Shown: positions 38,490-51,780 of the stretch, in pieces | How positions within the stretch are numbered: position 1 is the first letter of the stretch | How the letters are laid out: the number at the start of each line of letters is the position of its first letter | Assembly: GCA_034780895.1 (NCBI GenBank) | Contig: JAUZTB010000098.1 | Coordinates: forward strand, 84,719,738 to 84,783,737 | Source of the DNA: Rhynchobatus australiae | Lineage: Eukaryota | Direction of reading: 5' to 3' | DNA length: 64,000 nt | Program-made: the position numbers and the translations under genes | Notes under the pieces: generated by a model | What the model was told of the DNA's origin: nothing | Database searches by the model: none | What the model saw: the letters and a program-made list of their open reading frames with translations, nothing else

Positions 38490-39030
38490 TCCTGTTATTT
38501 CGTCACGTGTACTGAGACACAGTGAACCTTTGTTTTCTGCCATCCAGGCAGATCATGCCATACACAAGTTCATTGAGGTAGTAAAAAGCAAACAGAATGC
38601 AGAATGTAGTGTTGCAGCTCCAGAGAGAGTGCATTGCAGGTAAACAAATAAAGTGTAATGGCTGTGACAAGGTAGATTGGGTGATCAAGAATTTATCTCT
38701 AGCATATGGGAGGTTCATTCAAGAGTCTGATAACAGTGGGATAAAAGCTGTCCTTGAGTTTGGTGGTATGTGCTTTTAGGTTTGTGTATCTTCTGCCCAA
38801 TGGGAGAGGGGTGCAGAGGGATTGACTGGGGTGAGAAGGATCCTTGATTATGTTGGCTGTAGGAAGTGTGGGCGGAGTCAATGGAGGGAAGGCTGATTTG
38901 TGTGATGGATTGGATTGCATTCACCACTCTGCAAATTCCTGTGGACTTGGGCAGAGCAGTTGCCATGCTACTCTGATGCATCTGAACATATATTCTTCTG
39001 TAAAAATTGGTAAAAGTCAGTAGGGACATG
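38490..39030 (-). mobile_element. Rex1-type LINE 3' fragment
   Basis: IIKDPSHPSQSLCTPLPLGRRYTNLKAHTTKLKDSFYPTVIRLLN, followed by a tail ending ...cactgtgtctcagtacacgtgacgaaataa. Confidence 0.85.
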
Positions 39031-39069
39031 CAGGTCACACAAAGGATGTGATTGCAATTTATAAGGTGC

Positions 39070-39710
39070 AAAGGAGATTTGAGGATGGTGCTAGGTCTGA
39101 TAATTATAATGATTAGAAGATGCAGGCTAGGTTGAGTTTTTCTTTGTTACATGGGAAAACTTGGATGATTTAATTGAGGTTTGTAAAATGAGAGGCCTGG
39201 ATGGTGAAAAGGGATCACCCATTTCCTTTCCTAGACAGAACAAAAATGAAGGAGCATAGATTTATGTTATGAAAGGAGTAGAGGAGGTTGAGAATTTTGT
39301 TTTTTCACATGATGGGGGCATGGAACTCACTACCTGAAAAGTTGGTTGAAGCAGAAATCATTATCACATTCAATTTGAAATGAATGAACCTTTTGAGGGA
39401 GAGTCACAAACAACAGAACATAGCTGAAATATAAGGGGCTGGTCATTTAAAACAGGTGCATAAAAATTTCTTGTCTCAGAGGGTAGTGAATCGCTGGAAT
39501 TCTCTGCCCCTGGGGGTGGTGGAGGCCAGATCAATAGATATATTTAAGTTGGAGATAGATGATTGTGTGAAAGCTCAAGGAATTGAGGGTTATGGGGAAC
39601 TGGCACAGAAGGGAATTGAGGCCAGCGTAAATCAGCTGTGATCATGTTGATTGGCAGGCAGGGTTGAGGGGCCTGGTGGCATACTTGTGTTCATGTTTTC
39701 TATTCCTATT
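39070..39710 (+). mobile_element. CR1-type LINE 3' fragments
   Basis: ORF 39456..39641 NFLSQRVVNRWNSLPLGVVEARSIDIFKLEID is the CR1 ORF2 C-terminus. Confidence 0.8.
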
Positions 39711-40029
39711 GCTGAGTTCCTGTAGTATCTTGTTTTTCATCTAGATTTCAGTATCTGCAGTCCTTTGTTTCTCTTCCTATTTTTTTTGCAACCTAAGGCT
39801 ATAGACTAAGAACTGGAAAATGGATTAACTTTAAAGTCCATATTTGGATACAACAAGCTGAATAGCTGCCCCCTTTGCCATAAATCTCTATGATCCACCT
39901 GTCTTATTCACATTATGTATTATGGTACATGATTACACTAGTATTATGCTTTGCCTTAAGCCATAGTGCAAACAAAAGTGTTATTTGCAGCATTATGATG
40001 CCTATATGGTATACTAACTGGTAGCAATA

Positions 40030-41675
40030 TCAAAGTCAAGTTTATTGTCATATACACAAGTACATGCATGCACAGGTGCAATGAGAAACATACTTGCAGC
40101 AGCATCACAGGCACATAGCATCAGAAAAAGCAGCATTCACAAGAAAAACATAAACATAAGTTATACACAATTTTTACAAGAAAAAAACACAATTAGAACA
40201 AAATAAAACCAAAGTCCATTTTAGTGCAAAGTGATCAGAATGGTCTTGGTGTTGTTCAAGTGTTGCTAAACTGTAATGGTGATTAGAATTTTGCTGGTTG
40301 GTTCAAGAACCGAATGGTTGAAGGGGAGTAGCTGTTCTTGAACCTGGTGGTGTGAGACTTCAGGCATCTGTACCTCCTTCCCGATGGTAGCTGTGAAAAG
40401 AAGGCATGGCCTAGATGGTGGGGATCTTTGATGATGAATGCTGCCTTCTTGAGACAGTGCCTCCTGTAAATACTACCAGTGGTGGAGAAGGATGTGCCTA
40501 TGATGTATTGGGCAGACTCCACTACTCTCTGCAGCTTCTTGTGTTACTGCACATTCGAATTGCCATACCAGACCACGATGCAACCAATCAGGATACTTTC
40601 AACAGTACATCTGTAGAAGTTTGTTAGGGTGTTCAATGACAAGCCGATTCTCCTTAACTTCCTAAGAAAGCAAAGACGCTGGTGCGCTTTCCTTGTGATT
40701 GCAGCAATGTGCTGAGCCCAGGACAGGTCATCTGATATGTTAACGCCCAGGAATTTAAAGCTGCTGACTCTGTCCAACGCTGATCCCCCAATGTAGACTG
40801 GTGCATGTTCACCCTCCTTCCCCTTCCTGAAGTCAACAATCAGCTCTTTAGTTTAGCTGATGTTGAGGGAGAGGTTGTTGTTGCAGCACCATTCAACCAG
40901 GTGACCTATCTCACTCCAGTAAGCCAACTCATCACCACCTGTGATTTGTCCAACAACAGTAGTGTCGTCAGTGAATCTGAAGATGACATTGGAGCTGTGC
41001 TTAGCCACACAGTCATGTGTGTATACACAGTAGCGCAAGGGGGCTAAGCACAAAGCAGCCATGAGGTGCACCTGTGTTGATGGTCAGTGAGGAGGAAATG
41101 TTGTTACAAATCCTCATTGATTGAGGTCTGCTGATAAGGAAGTTAAGCATCCATTTTCAGAGGGAAGTACAGAGGCCCAGGACTTGAAGTTTGATGATGA
41201 GTTTGAATGGGATAATTGTGTTGAACACCGAGCTATAGTTGAACAGCAGCCTGATGTCGAGTTCCTGTTGTCCAGATGGTCCACAGCAGAGTGAAGAGCC
41301 AGAGAAATCACATCTGCTGTTGACCTGTTGTGATGGTAGGCAGAGTGAAGCTTATCCAGGACATTTCTGAGGCAGAAGTTGCTGCACACTATAACCAACC
41401 TCTCAAAGGACTTCATTACAGTTGAGGTAAGCGCTACCAGACAATAGTCATTGAGGCAGGTCACCACACCCTTCTGCCTTTTTGAAGCAGGTGTGAACCT
41501 CAGACCACAGAAGTGAGAGGTTGAATATGTCTGTAAATACTCCAGCCAGTTGGTCCACACACATCTTTAATATTCAGCCAGGTAGGCTCTCTGGACTAGA
41601 CGCCTTTTGTGGATTCACCCTCTTGAAGGATGCCCGGACGTCGGCCTCAGAGACTGAGATTACAGGGTCATCTGG
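40030..41675 (-). mobile_element. 5'-truncated Rex1/Babar-type LINE with decayed RT
   Basis: ORF fragments [33 protein letters not shown] (RT FADD motif), FKFLGVNISDDLSW, LTNFYRCTVESIL and LPSGRRYRCLKSHTTRFKNS; 3' tail ends in aataaac-ttgact. Confidence 0.9.
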
Positions 41676-41775
41676 NNNNNNNNNNNNNNNNNNNNNNNNN
41701 NNNNNNNNNNNNNNNNNNNNNNNNNNNNNNNNNNNNNNNNNNNNNNNNNNNNNNNNNNNNNNNNNNNNNNNNNNN

Positions 41776-42115
41776 GCACATTCGAATTGCCATACCAGAC
41801 CACGATGCAACCAATCAGGATACTTTCAACAGTACATCTGTAGAAGTTTGTTGGAGTGTTCGGTGACAAGCCGAGCCTCTTTAACCTCCTAAGAAAGTAA
41901 AGACACTGGCGTGCTTTCCTTTTGATTGCATCTATGTGCCAGGCCCAGGACAAGTCATCTGATGTGTTGATACCCAGGAATATAAAGCTGCTGACTCTCC
42001 ATTGCTGATTTCCCCCAATGTAGACTGGTGTATGTTCACCCTCCTCCTCCTCCATGAAGTCAACAATCAGCTCTTTAGTTTTGCTGATGTTGAGTGAGAT
42101 GTTGCTGCTGCAGAA
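41776..42115 (-). mobile_element. Second Rex1-type LINE fragment
   Basis: Homologous but not identical to 40548-40890 (FIFLGINTSDDLSW, TNFYRCTVESIL). Confidence 0.85.
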
Positions 42116-43381
42116 TTACTTGTGTGGATTTTAAAGTTTGTAACAGAGAAGTGCCTGCTAATTACACCAGCATTATGGTTACTGAAGACGGCAAAAATTA
42201 TTTTTGTTTAACTTGTACAGATTGATTGGACAGGTTGATAGGAATACTTTTGGAAATACCTGCTGCTGATATCAGAATGCACTTATGTTTATCATTTATT
42301 TGCACATATACCTAATTTATTTTTTTAATGTTTCCAAATTACACAATTGACTTCCTTTTTTCAGATAAGTTCTGAGAATTTATTCTCGATCTTGTGCTAA
42401 TTATTTTTATGCAGTAAAATTGTAATTGCGTTTTTGTTGTTACTTTGAGGAATGTATCTGCATTTTGAAAATGATTTTGCAATTAACAGTGACAATATTT
42501 GATGTATGGAACTGGAAATTTTTCTCATCTTGCAGTTTGTTGATTTTCTGCAGCTGATAAACTTCTGCTTTCCTGAAATAAATACAATTTTTAGAAAGAT
42601 AGGGCACTTCTCACATTCACTTAGCTGCTGTGCTCAACATTAGAATTTTTTTTTACTGAGTTAGATTCTCGCTCCATGTTTCTGCACCTCCATTCATTTA
42701 TGTCTTTCTGCCCTTTGCTTCCCACATTATTACAATCTACATAATTGCAATTTAATCAGAACAAAATTAATTTTTTTCAACTTGTCTTTTTTGATTTATG
42801 CGCAAATNNNNNNNNNNNNNNNNNNNNNNNNNNNNNNNNNNNNNNNNNNNNNNNNNNNNNNNNNNNNNNNNNNNNNNNNNNNNNNNNNNNNNNNNNNNNN
42901 NNNNNNNGGCGTTACGGCAGTTGTGCCTATAATACTTTTAATTTGCATCTACGACTCTGAGCTGACTGGGAAGAATGAAGCAATAGCAGCACACACTCCT
43001 GCCATCAAACAATAAGCAAGACGTGCATCCATCAAGCATGTAATATTTTTATTAATGTTATATTATGTGCTTCAACACATTGCTTGATGGGAAATGGGCA
43101 AAAGCTGGTATAGTACAACAAGATTAAAAGGTTAAGAGTAAAACTGGTAGTTGTTCATTGATTTTGGGCTTAATCTTTAAAAGCCAGAATATTGTAGGAG
43201 CTTGGTAAATAATGAATATAAGAGATGGAGTGAGGCTTCTTAGTTTAAACACAGGGTGCTGGAAGGAAGCGTGTACATCATTGGCACAATCAAGATTTGG
43301 AACCAAAAAAAAGAGGATAAGTGACATGCATTTCAAACTTTCTATTGCATTAACTAAATGATGTTTGTTTTTCTAATGCAG

Positions 43382-43429
43382 GTTGAATCTCAAGCATCAG
43401 AAGTCTCCAGAAATTAGCAGAAAACTGAA
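43382..43429 (+). other. Candidate 48-nt 5'UTR exon of EXOC3
   Basis: Branch-point-like taactaa, then tgtttgtttttctaatgcag acceptor and GAA|gtgagt donor. No ATG inside. Confidence 0.45.
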
Positions 43430-44079
43430 GTGAGTGTGACGTATTGCAGATATTATACCTGTTTGATTTAAACCAGTGCAAGACTTATATAAAAATTAAT
43501 TCTTGTGGATCTCGGGAGTTACTTGAAATTACTAAAGTGAACAGCATCTTAAAATGTTATCTTTTAAAAAAATTATAGTCAATGATTCACAGTTGAGAGT
43601 TTTTTGGCCTTAAACCATAGTGCAATGGTGTTATTTGCAGAGGTCATTCTGAGCTTTATGATGCCTATAATGGTATACTAACTGTGTAGCAATGTGTGGA
43701 ATTTAATGTCTGTAATAGAGAAGTGAATGAGAGAGATGAATTTTCCTTCAGCTTAATTGTACAGTTATATAAAATCATCTTGCTGATGAATCATGGAATT
43801 AGGCATTTATTTTTACACTAGGTTGCAAGAAAAAAAATTGATGAACAATTTATCCATGTGACATGGGTAGATTGGGTGAGTGCAGTCATGTATCATGCAC
43901 TAATCTTTAAGAATGGTTCCCAAGTACTTCTGTACTGTACAATGCAAACTGCTGGATTTTAAAAATTGCTTTCTTTCTATATTGTCCTATTTCATCCAAT
44001 GTCTTGTGCACCACTGGGGCTAACTAAAGGAGTTAAGGATAGTGTTGAATTGAAAGAACGTACCTACAATGACTATGTA

Positions 44080-44820
44080 TTGTAGCCAAATTTACTGATG
44101 AAAGAAATATAGAATGTTTAACAAGTTTTGAGGAGGACACAGAGTTTGCAAAGGGATGTAGAAAATTTAAGTGATTGGACATGAAGTTGCCTGATAGAAT
44201 ATGATGTGGGAAACTTTGAAGTTAACTTTGGGTTTTAAAGGAAAAATGAAAAACAAGTTTCTATTTAAATAGGATGGGATTACAAGATATTGTAGTACAT
44301 AGGAATCTACAAGTCCTGGTGCATTGAACGCAAAAGATTGGTACACAGATGTGGCAAATAATTAGTTTATTGTAAGGAATGTGGAAGGTAAAAGAATGGA
44401 GATTTTGATACAATTTTGCAGGATGTGGATGAAACGGGACCAAGAATGTTGTGTGGGATGAAGGGGTTGATGTACAAAGAGAAGTTGAGCTTATGCTTGT
44501 CAAAACATACAAGTCTGAGGATGATTAATAGAGAAGATATTTCCTTCCATGGGGATATCTAGAACTAAGGAACATAGTTTCAGAATAAGGGATCACCATT
44601 TAACATGGAATTTCTTCTGAGGGTTGTGACCTTTTGGAATTCTTTACCTGAGAGAGCTGTGGAGGCAAAGTCATTGAATATATTCAAGCTGGAGACTGAC
44701 AGACATTTGAACTTCAACGTAGTAAAGGAGAATGGGTAGAGGGAGGTGCTGACGCCAAGACTGGGTCAGCTTTCGAATTATGCAGCAGTCTCGTGTGGCT
44801 GATTTGCTGTTTATTCTTAT
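44080..44820 (+). mobile_element. Decayed CR1-type LINE 3' region
   Basis: ttgcaaagggatgta..., tctagaactaaggaacatagtttcagaataaggg and gagagagctgtggaggcaaagtcattgaatatattcaagctggag, as in other CR1 copies. Confidence 0.65.
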
Positions 44821-46228
44821 CCAGTAGATGACTTTCCACAATTGAACAAGCATTCTTTTGTTTCATATTTCCCACAACTGATGTGTTCTGTCTCTCATGG
44901 TTCCAACATGTTCTTCTGCTTTATTTTTCCTCTCTCTGTCCTCGTATCTCTGACTAGGTAGCTCCAAAATCATTGTGTCCTCCCAGACAACCTTGGTCTC
45001 CACCCTATCATAGACGTTAACTCCATTTCTTTTTCTATAGATGCTGTGTAATCTGCTGAATATCTCCAGCATTTTTTTGTTATTTGGGAATTTAAGGAAT
45101 ATAAACAGGCATAAGCTGTACCCTCCAGCCAACTCTACCATTCAATAACATGGCTAATACTCTGTTTTGTCTGCTTTTGTAACCAATCCCTATACCTTCT
45201 GATTTTCTTAGGAGAGATGTAATCATGTATAAAATTAAAACCTAATTCTATCCAGAGCCCACAAAATTTCCATTCGTGGTCTAAACCAATTATTGTTGGA
45301 AATATATCTATGTCAAGTATGTTCCACAAATGCTGTAATGCCAAGCAAATCATCTTGACTTGAATGAAGTTCCAAGGCAGCCTGGAATGGTATGGCCCAG
45401 CCTGAATGTCATAACAGAATAAACACCTGACTTGACCTCAACCTGACACACATGGTTGGGTTCCTTTGGACTTGGCAGCATCCCTGCTGTCTCCAAAAAT
45501 TTGGTGAAGTCAATCTTGAATAAACTGAGATAGAATTCATGAAGGCACTTCAGCTGGTGTAAGCATCCTATTGATGATGCTCTTTAAATCTCTTTGATTC
45601 CTCCTTTGTGCTTGGCAAGATTGCAGAGGGTGTTGTGTGAAAGTGAAAATGTCCTCTGCTTATGAACTTGCTTTGTAGGGAAGTATTGTCTTGAAGTTGG
45701 CATTTGGGGAGGATGAGAAATTTAGAGGGTTCTTTCCAATCACTGATTTGCCTGCCTGAAAAGAGTTATTGACACTGAGTAGGAGCAGGTTGTCTGTTGT
45801 AGGTTTGGTGACTGTGTGTATATTCCTTCAGCTAGATGCCTGATACGTGCAGAAACCATCACTTTGACTCCTATTTCATGTTACCCACTTTTACTTTGAA
45901 ACAAAATACACACCCTCTTTTCCCCCCAAATGGTCACATAACACTTTTCCCACATGGACAGCCCTGTTACTACTTACTATCACAAGTAGTCTACCTTGCT
46001 TTTTCAAGTTGGCTTGTTGGGTATCAGTGCAAATGACAGGTCTACCTGTTGGTGCCTAGTCAACTGGGCAATCATCAAAAGCTTCCTTTTCATTGTGAGA
46101 TATGCAACAATCAAAAAATTAAATGAAATGGCATGAAATAACTGAAAATATTAGAATGGGTAAAACGTAATTTGACTTAAATAAATATCCCAAAGGACTT
46201 AAATGCTCTTGCAGTAGACGTTGTGAAC

Positions 46229-46372
46229 ATGGAAGAAACTGATAGGGAAGCTGTGTCGACAGCTGCACAACGAGTGGCTGGAATGCTTCAACGACCTGAC
46301 CAACTGGACAAAGTGGAGCAGTATCGCAGGCGAGAAGCTCGGAAGAAGGCCTCTGTGGAAGCCAGGCTAAAG
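46229..46372 (+). CDS. EXOC3: EXOC3 (Sec6) first coding exon, [48 protein letters not shown]
   Basis: ATG in good Kozak context (aacATGg); tandem cagtag acceptor at 46212-46217; donor AAG|gtatgt. Near-identical to the vertebrate EXOC3 N-terminus. Confidence 0.97.
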
Positions 46373-47254
46373 GTATGTACACCAAATGAAGAGGAAACAT
46401 CCATTTGCATATAACTCAAAAAAAAATCCTCCAATGTATCTTTTGTATTGCTGTGTAGACAGCAATTTTACTAATAACTAGTCAATTTCCTGTGTCAAAT
46501 TTGGCTACTTGAAGACTTATCTTCCACTGCAGGGGCAACATTGACTGAAAGCAATAAGTCCAGGCCTTCAGTACAGATATTTCTTAAAGCTATTCCAATA
46601 TTGTAACAGATTGGATTTCTTCTTTTCTTGCCTTGTTTTTAACATTTTGTTTAAGTAATAAATATATTTTCTAATTTTAATTAAGTTATAAATGATGCAA
46701 ACTCCTTCCACTTAAAAGATACTTTAGGAGGATAAAGTTTAAATATTTCAGTAATTGTTCTACAGAAGGATTTGCAGTCTTAATTAGATAGGAACATTTT
46801 CAATGACAATTGCATAGTGAAAGTTGCCATTTTTATGCATCTATTTACAATACAAACTAACTATGTTGAAGATAATTAATCTAAATTTTAAATAATCTTC
46901 ATTTTGAGGTCTGTATCTTTTCAATGCTGCATCATTGATATTTAATGCATCCATGATCAAGAACTTGCTTAGCCCTAAATTGCATGTGGTAGAAGTTATA
47001 ATGTGGAAACGGAATGTTTCTGCTAATATACATGTATCAGCTGTGGCTCTGCAAATGAACAGAGAAAAATGCTTCAGAGTAGAATTGTCTATGGTTTTAA
47101 GCTTTGAAGTGTATATGTTCAAAATTTAAACCACAGCCATGCACAGAAAATAGGAGCTCTCATGTGGTTTTCAAATCTGTGGTTTCCAAAATATGTTAAA
47201 TAGTATGTCTACCATATCAGTCATGGGAATATCGCATTGTTCAGAAACTGGACT

Positions 47255-47645
47255 TATTGGTATTGGTTTATTATGTCACTTGTACCAAGGTACAGTGAAA
47301 AACTTGTCTTGCATACCATTCAAACAGATCAGTTCATTGCATGGTGCATTGAAGTAGTACAGGGTAAAACCAATAACAGAATACAGAGTAAAGTGTAACA
47401 GCTACACGGAAGTGCATTGCAAGTAGACAATAACGTGCAAGGTCAGAACAAGGTAGATTGAGTTCAAGAGTCCATCTCATCATATAAGGGAATCGTTCAA
47501 TAGTCTTTTCACAGTGGGATAGAAGTTGTCCTTGAGCCTGGTGGTATATGGCCTCAGGCTCCTGTGTCTTCTGCCTGATGGAAGAGGGGAGAAGAGAAAA
47601 TGACAAGGGTGGGTGGGGTCTTTGATTATGTTGGCTGCTTCAAGT
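47255..47645 (-). mobile_element. Rex1-type LINE 3' fragment
   Basis: AANIIKDPTHPCHFLFSPLPSGRRHRSLRPYTTRLKDNFYPTVKRLLN plus tail. Confidence 0.85.
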
Positions 47646-47731
47646 TTTGAATTTTTTTCCCAGGAGCTTCTGAAATTAGTTTTGTTTCTGTCATGCAGTC
47701 TTGCATACATTTCTTTATAATTGTCTTTCAG

Positions 47732-47951
47732 GCAGCAATCCAGTCCCAGTTGGATGGAGTACGGACGGGGCTCAGTCAGCTTCACAATGCTTTGAATGAT
47801 GTTAAGGACATTCAACATTCCTTGGCAGATGTCAGTAAGGACTGGAGACAGAGCATTAATACTATAGAGAACCTGAAGGATGTGAAAGATGCTGTGGTTC
47901 AGCATAGCCAGTTGGCAGCTGCTGTCGAAAACCTGAAAAACATTTTCTCGG
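47732..47951 (+). CDS. EXOC3: EXOC3 coding exon 2, [21 protein letters not shown]...ENLKNIFS
   Basis: Acceptor tctttcag, donor G|gtaatt; 220 nt. Confidence 0.97.
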
Positions 47952-50198
47952 GTAATTCCTATCATTCGGATTTTTGCTAATGATGGTTCTCGAATGATAG
48001 TTCAGGTGAAAAGGCAGATGGGGGTTGGCAGTGGAATAGTTTCAGGGTGAAAGCACCTTGGGTTGTAAGTTTGACAGTGAACAATTTTATCAAACTGAAT
48101 TATATTTCTCAAATGACATTCATGATGTCAATATGTTTTAAACACTATATGGCAAATGAAATAGTTTTGAAGTATAGTCACTATTGTAATCCCAGCAGCC
48201 AATTTACAAGTACCAATACAATGAAAATCAATTTTAGTGACATTGGCTGAGGGATAAATGTTGGCCAAGACACAGGCCAATTAATCTCAAATGAAATGCC
48301 TCTGACAACTTAGAATTTCCTTGGTATACTTCTGGAGTGTCTGCTTAGATTTTTTGTGCTTAACCCTGGAGTGGGACTTGAACTTTCTAACTTGATTAGA
48401 CTGTTGCAGGTGAGTCCCAGCTGACACTCACAAATGTAGGTGCAGGAATTTTTAATTACTTCATGTATTTATAGCTTTATACAACTTTAAAATGGCAATT
48501 GGTTAACCCATACAATTGAACCACACATGATATAAAAGCCTTAGAAATGCTGTGTTCAATGTCTCAGAGTATTAATTAGTAATAACAAAGTACAAAATCT
48601 AAACAGTGTCAAAATATTGTTACGATGAGTACCAATGGGTGAATATGATTCACTGGTTAATAAACAATATTTAGGAACAAGTAATTATTGGAAAATAGCG
48701 TAAGATGCATTTTCCACATTTAACTGGGGAAGACTGTGACCTAATTAGAATCACTGAAAGAAAAGTTTTTTTGCACTCTTGCTACTGTAAGGCAGCAATT
48801 ATTTTCCCACAGTTTTTTGCATTGCTATGCCTTCTGAGAGTCACTTCAAGGATGAATTCTTAAGCATATTTATCTTAAAATGTAATGTAGTAATTCTGTA
48901 CTCAACAAACATCAGAAGTCCATCAGGTCTTTGTAGTTGAACTTTGGAGCCGTTCAGGTTTTTTTCTGCATATAGTACATCATCAGAGAATTACTTCACA
49001 CAAAAAGAGGGTATTTGGCCCATCCTTTTGAAAGGGCCCAAATAATCCCAGTTACCCACAGGTCTTTTCCCTAGGTAAATATTCAGATCCATTTAATCAA
49101 TTACTATTGAATTTGTTTCCATGAGCCTTCCATGAATCAAGTAATTCCAGATTATTATTAATTTTTGTATAAAAATTGTTTCCTTTTCCATTGTGGTCTT
49201 GTACCTTAAATGTAGGAACTTTAGTTATGTCATAAAAACATTCTTTAAAAAAAAAAGGAGCAGTAGTGTCTGTTTGGCCCCTTGGGAAAGCTCCACCATT
49301 CAACACAATCGTAGGCGATTCTCTGTTTTAACACAATATTCTCCTACCCCTAGATGCTTTTTGCATCTGGAAATCTATCTAATTCTTATACCTATTCAGT
49401 GACTTGGGCTCCACTGTGGTGGAGAATCTCATAGGTTCACCACCCAATGAGTGAAGAAGTTTCTCATTTCAGTGTTGAGTGCTTTGCCTGGTCTTTTGTG
49501 TCTGTGACCTCTCACTACAGAACCCCCAACCAAGGAAAACATGAACCTTGCATCCAGTTTGTTCAGCCTATCAGAATTTTGAATGTCTCAATGAGATCTG
49601 CACACATTCTTCTAAACTCTAGTGAATATAGGCCTAGTCAACCCATTCTGTCCTTGTACAACAGAACTACCATCCTAGGACTCAATGTGATGAACCTTTG
49701 ATGCACTCCCTTTGTAGCTGATGTTTCCTTTCCTAGGTAAGGAGACTATAATTACACATATTGCTCCAGGTATGGTCTCACCAGGACCCTGTATGATTAT
49801 AGCATTCCAAGGCCCCTCTGTTGTACAATGCTCCCTGGGGCCCTGCCATTCACCGTGGAAGTCCTATCTGGATTTGACTTTCCAAAATGCAACACCTCAC
49901 ATTTATCTAAATTAAACTGCAGATATTGCCCAAATTATTATTTTTTAAAATTTAACATCTTATAGACTCGCACTGCAGAACCAGTCCATTTGGTCAATTA
50001 GCTTCAGAGTTTTGCTTTAAAATGTCCATTCTTCAAATTGTGAGCTCTCTTAACTGTAGTAATCACAAATGTTGTAAACCACTTTGAAATTATGATCATT
50101 AATAGAAGATACTTTTGAACATTTAATAATGTTTTAAATCAATATTGTTGCTAATCCTGTGACAACACAACAGCTAATATTACTTATCTGGCTTTCAG

Positions 50199-50880
50199 TT
50201 CCAGAGATTGTGCAGGAGGCCTATGAACTAATTGAACGCGGAGAACTGCTTTTAGCCCACCGAAAGCTGATGGACCTAGAGTGCTCCCGTGATGATCTAA
50301 TGTATGAGCAATATCGTATGGATAGCAAGAATATGCATGATATGAAACTAATTCAGGCCTATTTCACTGAGGTGCAGAACCTCTCTGAGCAAATGGGCAA
50401 GCAGATTTGGATGCTGGTGCAAAGATCCTCAGTGACAGTCCGCAGTGATCCAGCCCAACTTGTCTCAATGATTCGAATCATTGAGAGAGAAGAAAAAATT
50501 GATAAGAAAATGCTTGACCGGCAGAAGCAGACTGGGTTCATTCCTCCTGGCAGACCAAAAGAGTGGAAAAACAAATTGTTTGCCGTTTTAGAACAGACTG
50601 TTGCGAATCGAATTGAAGCCAGTCAGTCTGATACACGAGAATTAGATAAAATGTGGCTTGTGCGTCACTTAGAGCTCACACGCAAATATGTTCTTGAGGA
50701 CTTGCTGGTCATGAAGAACTTGATGGTGCAGTGTTTTCCCCCTCACTACAACATCTTCAGAAGGCTTCAGAATTTGTATCACCAGGCTCTAGTGGCACGT
50801 GTGGAAGAACTTGCATCTGAGGATCTGGAGGCCAATGAAATTGTTTCACTTTTGACTTGGGTTCTAAATACGTATCAGAG
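50199..50880 (+). CDS. EXOC3: EXOC3 coding exon 3, VPEIVQE...LLTWVLNTYQ(S)
   Basis: Acceptor gctttcag, donor AG|gtgaga; 682 nt; inside ORF 50159..50884. Confidence 0.97.
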
Positions 50881-51662
50881 GTGAGAATTTGATTTAGCGG
50901 TATTTAACATCAAATCATATTTACAATACAGAAGGACACCGTTCAGTTCATCATGTTCATGCTGGCCAAAGGACATGGTCTATTTGGATGAATCTCACTT
51001 ACCACCTCTCCGTCAATAGTCTTGTAGGTTACACCACCTCAGCACATTCAGGTACCACTTAAATGTTTTGCAGTTTTCCATTCCACTCTTTAGGTAATTA
51101 ATTCCAGACCCCCTTCCCTTGCCCATCTCCCAACCGCTCTCTGCATTTAAAACAAAATGTCTTTCTCAGTTCTCATCTGTTTCTACCAATTAACTTTAAA
51201 TTTATGTCCTCTATCACTGAACTCTCTACTAAGGAGAATGGGTCCTTTCTGTCTCGGCCTTGCAGTATTATACACCTTGATTAAATCTCTCCTTGTGCAT
51301 TGTATAAGACCGTAACTTTTCTCTTGTAATTTATTCTAGTATGGCAAACTTCCGTTTTGGCCCACTTTATCAGAGAGTCAGCAAATTGCAGAAATAGGTA
51401 GCTAATAGGTGGGTGGAGGAGAGGAAAGTTAGGTGTGTTCCTATTAAACCAGAAAACCTACAGTGTGCTCTTTCAAAGACCAGTTTATCCTCCTTGAAGT
51501 GGTATGCTCAAAACTAATTGGAGTACTACAGATTCAATCTAAATTTGTACGATTGTCATAGTAAGCTGCTAACTTTTGTTAGCAATAGCTTGTTGAACTT
51601 TACCTTTGGTCTTAGTTGCTGACTTGAATTGTGTTTTGCATTTCGATATATTTTCTGTATAG

Positions 51663-51780
51663 TGAGGATATGATGGGACACCCAGATCTTGCTCCTGAAG
51701 TAGACGTGAAGACCCTGGAACCCTTACTTTCAAATGATGTGGCCAATATGCTTCTCAGCAAATACATGACAACTCTTACT
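51663..51780 (+). CDS. EXOC3: EXOC3 coding exon 4, EDMMGHPDLAPEVDVKTLEPLL...YMTTLT
   Basis: Acceptor tctgtatag, donor ACT|gtaagt; 118 nt. Confidence 0.96.
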
